Source of the DNA: a virus
Reading direction: 5' to 3' (one strand)
IMG/VR virus record: IMGVR_UViG_3300023184_000039
Coordinates: 1 to 64,000 of that record
DNA length: 64,000 nucleotides
Part shown: piece by piece, positions 36,166 to 46,500 of the stretch
How positions within the stretch are numbered: the first letter of the stretch is position 1
Layout of the letters: each line of letters starts with the position of its first letter
Made by a program: the position numbers and the translations under genes
The notes under the pieces: model-generated
Seen by the model: the letters and a program-made list of their open reading frames with translations, nothing else
The model's database searches: none
What the model was told of the DNA's origin: nothing

Positions 36166-37905
36166 TTATCCCAATACAGATTGGTCAAATACTCCAAAGT
36201 CAACATCACCCAAAATAAATGTAATTGCATCAATGGTTGCATGGGTGATGATAAAACCCTGTGGTCGCATTGGTTCAATGGCTGCTAAAACATTAGGGCT
36301 TGAATAGCCAGCATCTAGAGCACCCGGTGTTTCGGATGTTACCGTACGCACATGAATATGGAATGTTTCAGAATTCCAAAACGGAGTGCTTATTATTTTC
36401 TGAGCACCAACCAGCACTTGTTTTCCAGCACTACGTATAGATTTCAAACTACCCCTAGCGTATCCGTATGCCCTGCTCTCTAACTGCCATTTTTTGAATT
36501 CATTGGCAGTCAATGTTGATACAGCAAAAGACCGCACTGGGCGCACATAGTTTGTGCTTGTCAACTTGGTCGGAGTAGTTGTGGTGCCAGTAGAAAGATG
36601 TTGGGCTTTAGCCGTAGAAGCAGCCGTCTCAGTTGAACTCCAGTAAACACCAGAAGTAAAACCAGTACCTAGGGCAACACGATTTGTGTAAAGTTCGGCC
36701 AGTTCGTCTTGGGATGGCAAAAACCAATCAGACAGACCGCCAGATAGCGATGCAGTTCTACAGTACTTAGCGGCAGATGTAGATGTGCTTGAGTTTCCTT
36801 GGGCAATAATTTCTAAAGTGTTCTTGTACCCAGTTCCAATTGCTGTGCCGTCAGCACCAGTGACTGCGGTGCTTTGAAGTGATGTTTGCGCCCATCTCCT
36901 TTGAACCTCAGCGCCGATGGGAGCCACCTCAAAGTATCTACCCGTAGAGTTTCCGACCGTATTTGGAGTAATAAATATTTTTCCACCAGCGGGTCCGGTG
37001 TCGCCAATTTTGTAAGTTACTACATTGGAATCGCTTGATAACGAAGCAATAAAATCTGCCCCATTTGGAATATAAATTTCATTTCTTAACCTAGTTCCAA
37101 TGAACATGGATGCCCATTGACGATAAGAATCTGGCATTAATGCAGGGGTTGTCATTGTGCTTTTTGAAAATTCGTATTCATCACCTACATTTGATGTACG
37201 ACTTGATGCTGGTAGTTCTGATTCCTCATAGGGAAAAATTTTTAGATATTCTTTTATTACTTCATCTAAATTTGATGTAACAGAATGCCATAATTTAAAA
37301 AATGGATATGTTGGATTTGTTTCTTGGGAATCGTAGTCGCGAAAAAAATCAGGAAAGAGTGCCTTTCCTTCCGTGTAGAGAGAATTGTAAAGAAACGGCT
37401 TGTCCAGCGTCAATGTTGGAAATGTAAGATATATTGGCTTACTGTTGTGATTGTCAATATGCATCCGAATGCTCATTGGATGAGATGTAGAATTTTTATC
37501 TGCATATTCATTTATATTTGAATAGCATGCAGTCCATGTGTTTTGACGCAGTTCGTGAGAGTTTCCAGACACCGAGGTGTATGCAGAATCGCTGTCATAT
37601 AAAAAGGATGTGACGGTTACTGTGCTTGAACATTTAAGCACGCAGTGAAATATCCATTCGGCATCATTGATGAGAACCCCAACATCTTGGTTGGTGAGTT
37701 CCACGACAATTTGACTTGAGTTTCCAGGTGTTATTTTTAATGAATACCTATTAAGTTTATAAAAAACATCTGAAACATAGCTTATTGTTGCATAGGGTGT
37801 AATCATATTCCACGAAGAAGAATATGTACTTAACGGAATAACATTTCCCGAAATATCCGATGAGTACAGTCCGTTTTGGTCAGACAGTACATTGGAAGAA
37901 ATCAT
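36166..37905 (-). CDS. Baseplate wedge protein with inserted DUF1566-like (C-type-lectin fold) domain
   Basis: Follows baseplate J; C-terminal ..MRPQGFIITH; insert YKIGDTGPAGG...DWFLPSQDEL...YWSSTE...YVRPVRSF. Confidence 0.7.
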   Translation of the reverse strand: MISSNVLSDQNGLYSSDISGNVIPLSTYSSSWNMITPYATISYVSDVFYKLNRYSLKITPGNSSQIVVELTNQDVGVLINDAEWIFHCVLKCSSTVTVTSFLYDSDSAYTSVSGNSHELRQNTWTACYSNINEYADKNSTSHPMSIRMHIDNHNSKPIYLTFPTLTLDKPFLYNSLYTEGKALFPDFFRDYDSQETNPTYPFFKLWHSVTSNLDEVIKEYLKIFPYEESELPASSRTSNVGDEYEFSKSTMTTPALMPDSYRQWASMFIGTRLRNEIYIPNGADFIASLSSDSNVVTYKIGDTGPAGGKIFITPNTVGNSTGRYFEVAPIGAEVQRRWAQTSLQSTAVTGADGTAIGTGYKNTLEIIAQGNSSTSTSAAKYCRTASLSGGLSDWFLPSQDELAELYTNRVALGTGFTSGVYWSSTETAASTAKAQHLSTGTTTTPTKLTSTNYVRPVRSFAVSTLTANEFKKWQLESRAYGYARGSLKSIRSAGKQVLVGAQKIISTPFWNSETFHIHVRTVTSETPGALDAGYSSPNVLAAIEPMRPQGFIITHATIDAITFILGDVDFGVFDQSVLG

Positions 37906-37907
37906 TT

Positions 37908-39104
37908 TTAAAATCCATAATTCGGTATTAGTGTTATTGTTACAAGCGTAGAATCATAATTTGGTAAATCGCCTTTATATAAAATTTCTCTTCCAGCAGC
38001 ATTGGATGCACTTCGCTCCAATGCCGACAGGGTGAGCGAGTCAACATAATCAACACCAGCAGTATTTTGAACTAAAGTTTTTAATTTGTCTGTTCTCAGG
38101 AGCGACTCAAGTTTTGGAAATTTTTGCGGGCTTAGATAAGACTTTAAGTTTGTCCTAATATACGACTCAACCGAATCAACAATATACGATGTTCCAACAT
38201 AAACGGTCATTGATATTGTCGGTCGTATCAAGGTAATACTTTTTATAAAAATTGATAATCCAGCATGCGATTTTGCAACCACATCCCGAAGAATTGCCTG
38301 TTGTTCCAAAACGGTAAGAGCGCGATTAAACCCATAAACAAAAATTGCAATATACCCAGCAACATCTGCACCACCGCGCTCAAGAGTGCCTTCGGCATTT
38401 GTTAAATCATAAACAATACACCTTGATACAGATGCATATGTGGATATAATGTATTTCTCAATTTGTTCGGCGGTAACAAAGTTTTCACTGAGCGACTGGA
38501 GATAGGTTGCCCCGCGAGAAAGATATTCAGAATCGCTTTCTGCATCTGTTCCTTGCACAAAATTACTACTAGCAATAACCGTTCCGATAAGAGATGAAAA
38601 TTGTATGTAATTAAATACATCACCAGAATTAACTTCTGGAACAATTCCCTCTGTTCTGGCAGAAACAAATATTGTTAGCGATGGTGGGTAAGCAGTGTCT
38701 GATGCGGGGATTTCATAGGAAATTGATGTTTCGTAATAGGTTGTGACGACTTCATCAAAAATCAAGGATTCGTGAGCGAATACTGTTCCAGCCGGTATGG
38801 ATGCACCGTCCACGGTGAGCAGTGTTACCACAAGACTAACCGTTGCCCTCTGACCAACATTTCTTCCCACGCCCATAAATGAAAGCATGCCCTCCATCAG
38901 TCTGTTGGGCAATGTATTGATGTGTGTTGTAGCAATTGACGTCATGTATGCCATCGCTTGGAACATTGCATCCTCTACCGTTCCAGTTCTAAGATTAAAA
39001 TCAGGAATTGTCATCTGGGCAACTTCAATTGCATTTGAGTAAATATCCCCAGGCTGTTTATCATAAATTCTGAGGTTTATATATTGTGAAAAATCTGCTG
39101 CCAT
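37908..39104 (-). CDS. Baseplate J-like protein
   Basis: G+.R..G.RAT, IPAGT.F, GTDAESDSEYLSR, GVDYV. Confidence 0.9.
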   Translation of the reverse strand: MAADFSQYINLRIYDKQPGDIYSNAIEVAQMTIPDFNLRTGTVEDAMFQAMAYMTSIATTHINTLPNRLMEGMLSFMGVGRNVGQRATVSLVVTLLTVDGASIPAGTVFAHESLIFDEVVTTYYETSISYEIPASDTAYPPSLTIFVSARTEGIVPEVNSGDVFNYIQFSSLIGTVIASSNFVQGTDAESDSEYLSRGATYLQSLSENFVTAEQIEKYIISTYASVSRCIVYDLTNAEGTLERGGADVAGYIAIFVYGFNRALTVLEQQAILRDVVAKSHAGLSIFIKSITLIRPTISMTVYVGTSYIVDSVESYIRTNLKSYLSPQKFPKLESLLRTDKLKTLVQNTAGVDYVDSLTLSALERSASNAAGREILYKGDLPNYDSTLVTITLIPNYGF

Positions 39105-39400
39105 TAGTTAATCCTAAACTCAATATTAAGGGACATAGAACTTGTTTGAGAGTTTAATGAAAGGTTAACTGCCCCAATGGTAACTTCCGGAACGAACCTA
39201 GATGCATGAACCATGAACACCCCAGAATCAATCAATCTATAGGAAGGGTCAAACACACCATACTTGGGGGTCAGTCGGAACTGACCTGGTTCGGTAAGGG
39301 CGGCAAAACTCAGCAGTTGTTTAAAGTAATCCGATGTCCCTTCGGTTAATTTTGACAAGCCAGTTGATGTGAATTTAATTGGAAATTTAATTGTGTCCAT
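39104..39400 (-). CDS. Baseplate wedge subunit (gp25/W-like)
   Basis: IKFP; LTEPGQFRLTPKYGV.D; positioned immediately before J. Confidence 0.75.
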   Translation of the reverse strand: MDTIKFPIKFTSTGLSKLTEGTSDYFKQLLSFAALTEPGQFRLTPKYGVFDPSYRLIDSGVFMVHASRFVPEVTIGAVNLSLNSQTSSMSLNIEFRIN

Positions 39401-39407
39401 GTCTCAC

Positions 39408-39755
39408 CTAGTGCGTGTGGTCTCTTGATTCGAGGAATACAACACGTGCCGTCAGGGCCGCCAATGCGGCCTGTGTTGCAAATACATCTGTTGTTGTATT
39501 AATTCTACCAATTATAACAGCATTAAAAACATCGTTGTCTAAAAATGCAACAACCACGGAATCACCAATGGTTGGTCGGTTTGCGGCTGTTACGCCCAAA
39601 AAATCAAGATTTGGAACAATTGTGGAAAACGAAGGAATATTGACATTTGCCCTTCCAGTGGAACTGACCGAAACAACCTTTCCTAGGTGCAAACCGCCAC
39701 CCTCTCTTGGTGCTTGCGCGCCACCGGTGGGATTAACGTATCTTCGCTGCGTCAC
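39408..39755 (-). CDS. Baseplate central spike (gpV-like OB fold)
   Basis: GKVVSV...RANVNIP...PTIGDSVVVAFLDND...AVIIG; terminal HTH (His-Thr-His) metal-binding motif. Confidence 0.8.
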   Translation of the reverse strand: MTQRRYVNPTGGAQAPREGGGLHLGKVVSVSSTGRANVNIPSFSTIVPNLDFLGVTAANRPTIGDSVVVAFLDNDVFNAVIIGRINTTTDVFATQAALAALTARVVFLESRDHTH

Positions 39756-40894
39756 AATCTGTCCTTACCTTTCTCTGTTCCTGGGATGCTCCATGGGGCA
39801 CCAGACTCTGGTTTTTCCTGTCCATAAGCAAAATATGGAAGAAGCACATCTGGCCCAACTTCGTCATCCGTGGCTGGATATCTTGTTCCAACTGGTAGCG
39901 GTTTGATGCGGTCTCTCCAATCTTTTGGATTTCTTTCTGGAGTAACAAAAGTTATCGAAACTGGGTCTGGGGATAGTTCCTTAAAATCAACTTGAGTAAT
40001 AAGGTAATAACCAGTAAATGTTGGAATCCCACCAATAAAAACGGTCATACCCGGACGAAGAACCTGACCGCTTGTACGACTAATATTTGCAGTACCATCA
40101 GCTTCCATTGGGTCGTTGTCGCCTTTATGCATATCTGGTATGTGCATCAAGGGAAAATCTTCCCCCATTCTGCCTGGTATCAATGGAATGAAACGTCTTT
40201 CAACTTTTCGTGTTTTTTTAGCCTTGGTTACTGGGTCTATTGTGTGTTTATCCAATATCATTCCATGAGAACCCCACCTATGCATCAACCATTTCATTGA
40301 TGCAAAATATAAAGTACCATCAACCTCAAAACACTCAAAATGCGCAGAGGAGGCAAGGTTTGTTATGACACTCCAAAGTGAGTCTGCTTGTTGCGCTCCA
40401 CTTGCCTGAGTTACGTGTTGAACCTTGTTGGTTTTTTCTCCAACAAACTTTAAACCATATTTTGTTGCTGCTTGATGAACAAACTCAAAACCAGAAGCCT
40501 GTGGAAAACTTCCTGGTTTCTTATCTCGTTTCATTTGCTGAATGGCTTTTGTTCTGCATTTAATCGTCCAAATTGGATTTATTCCCTGGCTTTGAGAAAC
40601 CGATATATCTGCCACCTCCATGAGCAGTGTAACAAAAACAAATTTAGCAGTTCCACCACCGAGGTCCTGTGCATCATCTAGTGATTTTGTTGTATAGGTA
40701 ACATCTCTTCCAATATTGAAATAGTTATTGGCACCAAAAAGAAAATCAGTATCAAATATTTCAAGACTAATTTCTGTGCATAATTTAGTTGAGTAACTTA
40801 CCGAACATGAAAGTATTGACTTATTCATTGTTTCATTTATTTTTGCATCAAGGTCACCAAATGTAACCCTAAATGGGTCGGCTTCAGCAAGCAT
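39752..40894 (-). CDS. Baseplate hub protein (gpD/gp27-like)
   Basis: AATKYGLKF, SLWSVITNLA...FE.DGTLYF, LRPGMTV.I.G...F.GYYLIT.V; synteny. Confidence 0.75.
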   Translation of the reverse strand: MLAEADPFRVTFGDLDAKINETMNKSILSCSVSYSTKLCTEISLEIFDTDFLFGANNYFNIGRDVTYTTKSLDDAQDLGGGTAKFVFVTLLMEVADISVSQSQGINPIWTIKCRTKAIQQMKRDKKPGSFPQASGFEFVHQAATKYGLKFVGEKTNKVQHVTQASGAQQADSLWSVITNLASSAHFECFEVDGTLYFASMKWLMHRWGSHGMILDKHTIDPVTKAKKTRKVERRFIPLIPGRMGEDFPLMHIPDMHKGDNDPMEADGTANISRTSGQVLRPGMTVFIGGIPTFTGYYLITQVDFKELSPDPVSITFVTPERNPKDWRDRIKPLPVGTRYPATDDEVGPDVLLPYFAYGQEKPESGAPWSIPGTEKGKDRL

Positions 40895-43548
40895 TATTTT
40901 CCCTCAATAACCAAAGTTGACAAAAGTAAATTTGATGTGTTATTGGTACAAGGAACTTTTGCACAAATACGTGGTGGCGGGCACGATTTCTTGGTACACG
41001 GGGTTATTGGACGCATATAAACAATGTTTGCATTCTCTATGGGAATTTCCTGAAGTGTTATTGAGCAGGTTGCTCGAGATATCTTTGACCCAAGATTTTT
41101 GGACTCATCAGTTCTTTGTATTGATGTTATAGAAAAATCGTTGATGACAAACTCAACCCCACGTCCTTTCGTGAACAAAGGGTATCGCAGTTCTTTTGAC
41201 ATTATTTCGTCCATGTTCAAAAACGAAACAGGGTATGGGGCTAATGCCATTTTGCGAAGCACATTTAACTGTTCGTCAACGGGATAATCCATACCAAACC
41301 CCTCACTCCCTCGTGAAATAGTTGTATCAACAACATCAAAATTAAATGAGATTTTTAACAATTGGTAAGATTGCCAATCAACTATAGGAAAATTTCCGGC
41401 TCGCGCTACCTCTGTCCATGTTGAACCAAGACCAGAGTATTGAACTTCTCTTGGTGTAAACGGAAACTCGTAAATTAGCGGGTCAATTTCAACCTGTTTT
41501 GATACCGACTGTCTTCCGTCGGCAGAATAAACTGTGTCCGTATATCTGTACTGCTGGACCAATTGGGGCCTTGTTGACCGACCAGCGGGTGGGGGCATAT
41601 ACCCAATAAGTCCGCGGGTAATTGTAATTTTTTGAGTTGCTTTTTGATTTGACTTACTGTCAGCTGGTAATTGGGTATTTCCATTTCCATTTGTTCCGCT
41701 ATTCGTACCGCTTGCTACGGGTTTGGCCATAGTTGTGATGAGTGCATTCTTCATAATCTCATCAACCCTTTTTTTTGCTTCTGGAAGAGGGGTTCCTTTT
41801 GCGACTAGGTCTGCAACACGCGCTTTGTTTATTGATAGTATTAATTGCTGTTTTGTTAAATCCCAATTTTGACCTAGGTCTTTTGTAAGGGTTACCAGTA
41901 CATTTTTTGCAAATGCTCCAGTTTGTCTTTCGTCCCATAATAGTGCTGTTGCATTAGCGATGGTTAGTCGAACACCGGGACCTAAACCAAACGGGTCATA
42001 TGTTAAGGGGTCTTGTGTAACATCTGGCTCGGGTGGATTTGAACCACCAATGGTCGTGGTCTGTTGTTGAGACCCAGTAGAACTTGCAAACGGTTGCCAG
42101 GAAGAATCGGGTATTCCATTTAGTCCAATCGGGTTGAATTGAATGTCTTGTGCAATATTTACGCTGTCATACAGGTAAATTTTTCCACTAACTGATGCAA
42201 CGCGAGCTTTTGCATAAACATCAACAATGTCATTAATATAAGTTGCCCATGCTGTTGCTTTTGCTGAATCTTCAAAAATACCCAAATGCTGCCCTTTTCC
42301 AAAAATGACACCAGTGGTGGGTCCATTGAACCTAGTCATTGCTTGGTCAAAAGTTTGGTCGGTAAAATTTGATTTGGTTATTACGGAACCAGGATGACTA
42401 GATGGTTCGGAAACACTTGATGTTGTAAAAACACCAGGAAGAACAATATATTTTCCTTGCAAATATGCAAAATGACCAGCATTGCCACTAGTCATCAATC
42501 CTGCACGGGCATCAATCTTATAAGTTGTGCCGTTATCTTTATAGAAACCATTAGCCAATTTAGCAATGGCATAATAATTATTACTGTTAGTGTCGCTAAC
42601 TGTGACAGGAGAATAATTAATAGGTCCTTCGGGGGGAGATGGAAATGATGATGCCGCCATCCAATTTTGGATGCGTTCGTTATCAGTTTTTTCAACCGAT
42701 ATGGGCGTATCTTTTCCAGCAAATCTAATATAAAATCCTGACCAATACTGTGATGAATTATCTGCAACCAAATTGCCTCGGGTTACTGCCTTCTTGTTTG
42801 GTCCCATTATTGGAAGATTGGAAGAATACAGCGTATATGGAATTGATTTGTTTTTGTCGTAAACCAACAATGGGTCTACGGCATAAGTGGAAACTTCCTT
42901 ACCACCCACAATAGCAACGGCTGGTTCAAGACTTTTTGCACTACCAGAGACAACTACTGGGGAGCTGGAGTCATCTTTCCAGTAATATCCATATTGTTCA
43001 TCAGAGGATATTAGGTAACCATTTCCCGTTGACCCTAGTTCGGTATCACCAACAGCAACTTTATCCGACAACCATAGGAACGAGGTGGGTGACCCAGATG
43101 TATTCACACTTTTTGTAATCCACAAAATTCCTTTTTCTAATGAACTGCTATTTGCAAAAGTGGTAGACAGGGATGTTCCACGTCCAGAATTGGCATGCAC
43201 AATAAGTGAATCGTTTTTTTTCTCTTTGTATGCATAGTAATTAATTGGGTCAAGTTCCCTATACACATCAACCCAAAACGAACTTTGCGAAAGTACATTT
43301 GAAGTGCCAGCCGCAACAACTGTTTGTATAATTTTCTTTTTAAATCCAATTGCCTGAAGGGTGAGTGGCAAGCGACTTGCATCAAGCCCCCATTTTTCGG
43401 TATATGGAGACGTGTATGTTCCGTGAATTCTGGTATTTCCACCATTAATTGAAAGAATGGGTTGGCCTGATAGTGATGGTATTGCAAGTTGAAAAACACT
43501 TCCCTTCATTGGCATGTTGTAACCAGTTGATGGGATTGGGGAAGTCAT
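40894..43548 (-). CDS. Large tail protein with C-terminal tube-initiator-like domain
   Basis: C-terminal FPFTP.EV.YS...W.EV.R.G..PIV...RATCSITLQE; lies between tape measure and hub. Confidence 0.6.
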   Translation of the reverse strand: MTSPIPSTGYNMPMKGSVFQLAIPSLSGQPILSINGGNTRIHGTYTSPYTEKWGLDASRLPLTLQAIGFKKKIIQTVVAAGTSNVLSQSSFWVDVYRELDPINYYAYKEKKNDSLIVHANSGRGTSLSTTFANSSSLEKGILWITKSVNTSGSPTSFLWLSDKVAVGDTELGSTGNGYLISSDEQYGYYWKDDSSSPVVVSGSAKSLEPAVAIVGGKEVSTYAVDPLLVYDKNKSIPYTLYSSNLPIMGPNKKAVTRGNLVADNSSQYWSGFYIRFAGKDTPISVEKTDNERIQNWMAASSFPSPPEGPINYSPVTVSDTNSNNYYAIAKLANGFYKDNGTTYKIDARAGLMTSGNAGHFAYLQGKYIVLPGVFTTSSVSEPSSHPGSVITKSNFTDQTFDQAMTRFNGPTTGVIFGKGQHLGIFEDSAKATAWATYINDIVDVYAKARVASVSGKIYLYDSVNIAQDIQFNPIGLNGIPDSSWQPFASSTGSQQQTTTIGGSNPPEPDVTQDPLTYDPFGLGPGVRLTIANATALLWDERQTGAFAKNVLVTLTKDLGQNWDLTKQQLILSINKARVADLVAKGTPLPEAKKRVDEIMKNALITTMAKPVASGTNSGTNGNGNTQLPADSKSNQKATQKITITRGLIGYMPPPAGRSTRPQLVQQYRYTDTVYSADGRQSVSKQVEIDPLIYEFPFTPREVQYSGLGSTWTEVARAGNFPIVDWQSYQLLKISFNFDVVDTTISRGSEGFGMDYPVDEQLNVLRKMALAPYPVSFLNMDEIMSKELRYPLFTKGRGVEFVINDFSITSIQRTDESKNLGSKISRATCSITLQEIPIENANIVYMRPITPCTKKSCPPPRICAKVPCTNNTSNLLLSTLVIEGK

Positions 43549-43550
43549 GA

Positions 43551-46500
43551 CTACGACCTCTGTCTTTCGTTATTGTTCATATCTTTTATCTTCCTCACAA
43601 CCATGCTGGCAATTTCTTGAACATTTGCATTTGCTCCACTGACATTTACTGTGTAGCTATTTGATATTGATGTTCCACCACCGCCACTGGTTCGTGCTGC
43701 CCCAAATGAAATTGGGGACATTGTGTCACCAATAGCACCACTACCGGGTCCAGGAACAACATGGAGATGCCTGTCGCCACCTCTGCCGTGAAACTCGGCA
43801 AACCCACCACCGTCACGAACAAGACCCGCATATGCCCCCAGTTGCTGTCCTGTAAGGTCATAGGCGCGACCCATTACATGGTCAGAACTCGGTGAACCAA
43901 GACCAGTTGTTCTAAATGCCGATGTCATGGTTCGTGAACCACCAAGTTGTGAGTTAATACTTGCATGCCTAGCCATCGTTGTTTCAAGACGAGACGATGT
44001 TGTGTCGCCGATTCCCTTGCCACGAGGGCTTGATGTATCTCCGTGTAGTTTGTCAATAAGTTTTTGAAATGCTTCTGTAGTAAACCATTCTGGACCCTGT
44101 TTATCGCTTGCAAAAAATGCACTGAAGTCTGCGGTAAAATCTTTGAGTGCCGTTGCCATGTCGCCAGTAGAACCTTTTATATCCTCAAGGTTTGTTATCA
44201 TTTGTTCGTCAGTGGCCACTCGTTGTAACCCGACATCAGCGGGCTGAAGTCCATAGGAACTCAATGCCTTGGTTACCGCATCCTGATTAGACATATCCAC
44301 ACCCTGAAACATTGTTCCTTGCTCAATTGCTGAATTTAGGGCTTTTGCATTTGCCTGTTGGGATGCATCACCATTGCTCATTTGTATGAGTTTTGAACTC
44401 ATTAAATCAGCATTTACGCTATAACGATTACCCGCTTTTCCGTTACCTGCCAAAAGGGTATTATTAAGGTTACTTGCGGTTATTGCAGTTGCCCCTTTTG
44501 TTGCATCATCTAGGTACTTGGTAAGTACTTGACCTGCACTTGTTGGAGCAGCATCTGTTCCATAAATTTTTTCCTGCTGACCGTATAGGTAACCCTTCAC
44601 ACCAGTCTTTGCGTCTATTTGTGAAAATGCCGACCCACCCTTGCCAAACATTGATTTTGCACTTAGTATTCCATTAAAGCCTCCACCAGCAAGGGTTGCA
44701 ATATCCGGAATGGCACTTTTGAAAAATTCAAGTATGTCTTTGTCCTTAATACCTGCTGTTGCATTAAGTTTTGAATTAAAAACCGCTCCTTTTTCATCAA
44801 GTATTTGCGGTGCTTCAATATTGTTAATAGCTTTATCAAAGACATCCAAATTATTAACAAGGTTGTCAATTTGCATTCCCTGCATTTGTGCAGTTGTTTT
44901 TACTGCAGCAATACCGAGCCCATCAATAACATCGGTAAAACTTTTCATTGGGTCCATGAGGTTGAAGTCCATGCTTCTGGCAAGATTTTCAACCCCCATT
45001 TCTGACAACCCAGTAATTTTTGTTAATTCCTTAAGCCTCTTTTTATATTGGTCGTCCATCGCACGATTTGCTCGATTTTCAGGACTGTTCATATCCCCCA
45101 ATTTTCCAAGGAATACATCTTTTTGTTTTAATGCATTCTTGTAGTCATCCTCGGTCATTCCTTGTGTGCCATTGCCTTGTTTGTTCTTGTACAAATCTGT
45201 AATAAATTTTGTTTTTTCATCCGTTGTTGCAAATTGTAAAGAGTTTGCCCTATTGGCAAGTTCTTGCTGAGATGCTTGAGTGTTGCTCAAAACATCCTTG
45301 ATTGAGGATTGACCAATCCCATTTTGATTTGCAATTTTTACTCCAGCGATTTTCATCTGTTTTGAATAAACATCTTTGGTGATGTCGGATACGGCTTTTC
45401 TTGCACCGGTTTTCTCATTATTAATTCTGTTGAAATACCCCTTAACCCCACCAGCAATTGCTCCAACGACTGTTCCGATGGCCGTTCCAATACCAGGGGC
45501 AATCATTGTTCCGATTGCCGCACCAGCAGCAGCACCCAAAACGGCACCACCTTTACCGGTTTTTGAATTCAATGCAGCGCCGCCAAATCCAATACCAAGT
45601 CCGAGCAGTGGGTTTGTTGATGCAAGCCCTGCACCCAAAGCCATTGAACCCTGTGCCGATTCGTCCATTTTTGAACTAAGCAAACCCATTCCGAGTGAGG
45701 TTCCGATTCCAGCGGTTGCACTGTTGTTGAAACCCCTTTTGGTTTTTGAGCCAAATATATTTTGACCCATTCTGCTTTGCCGTGAATTTCTAAAACCGGC
45801 TTTCATGTTGGTAATTCCTCTACCAAGTTTTGTCCTATTTACTGGACCCTGATTATCTGGGTCACCAGATTGGGCAGAAAAATAATTGTTATACATCCCA
45901 CCTTGGTAAAATCTATTAACTCTTTTACCAATAAATCCCTTTGGATTAAAAACGCTTGAGGTCGTATTATTGACCCTTAACCTAAATCCTGCATTATCAC
46001 TTGTTCCGTCACTGCCTACTGTTGGGTCAATGTAATTTCTATTACGCATTAGCCTCTGGGTGTATCGTGTTCCAGCCCCTTGCAGTCCTTGACCAAATCT
46101 AGTATCTCTTATTTTTCTATCGTAGAAATTCTTAAACCCAGTATCACCCTGAAATCCAGATTCGCCGTGTCTTTGTGATTCGCCAAAAAATCTAGACACA
46201 CTTTCTCGTCGGGAAATTATTCTTCCGTTAGCCGTTAGGGTCTTTCTTCCATTTACTGGGTTAACTCTTGATTCCTTGGGAACAAACACGCCAGTGCTTG
46301 GCCCGGTTGTTTTTTCACCATTTACCGTGATTGGGTCAGCAAGGTCTCTTGCGGTGTAATTTACTTTTCTCCCCTTGTAGTAGAAATCGTCTCCACGTTT
46401 TCTTCCAGTTTTTGCTTCGTGTGCAGAAAGTGCTGCTTCTTTTTCTGCAGCAATATCTGCTGCGGAACCCCTATGTTTCCAATCCTTTAGGGCATCACCC

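Noticed and set aside
29245-37905. Diversity-generating retroelement (Mtd_N-like fibres, DUF1566-like domain)
   Set aside because: No reverse transcriptase or template/variable repeat pair was seen in this window; one elsewhere in the genome cannot be excluded.
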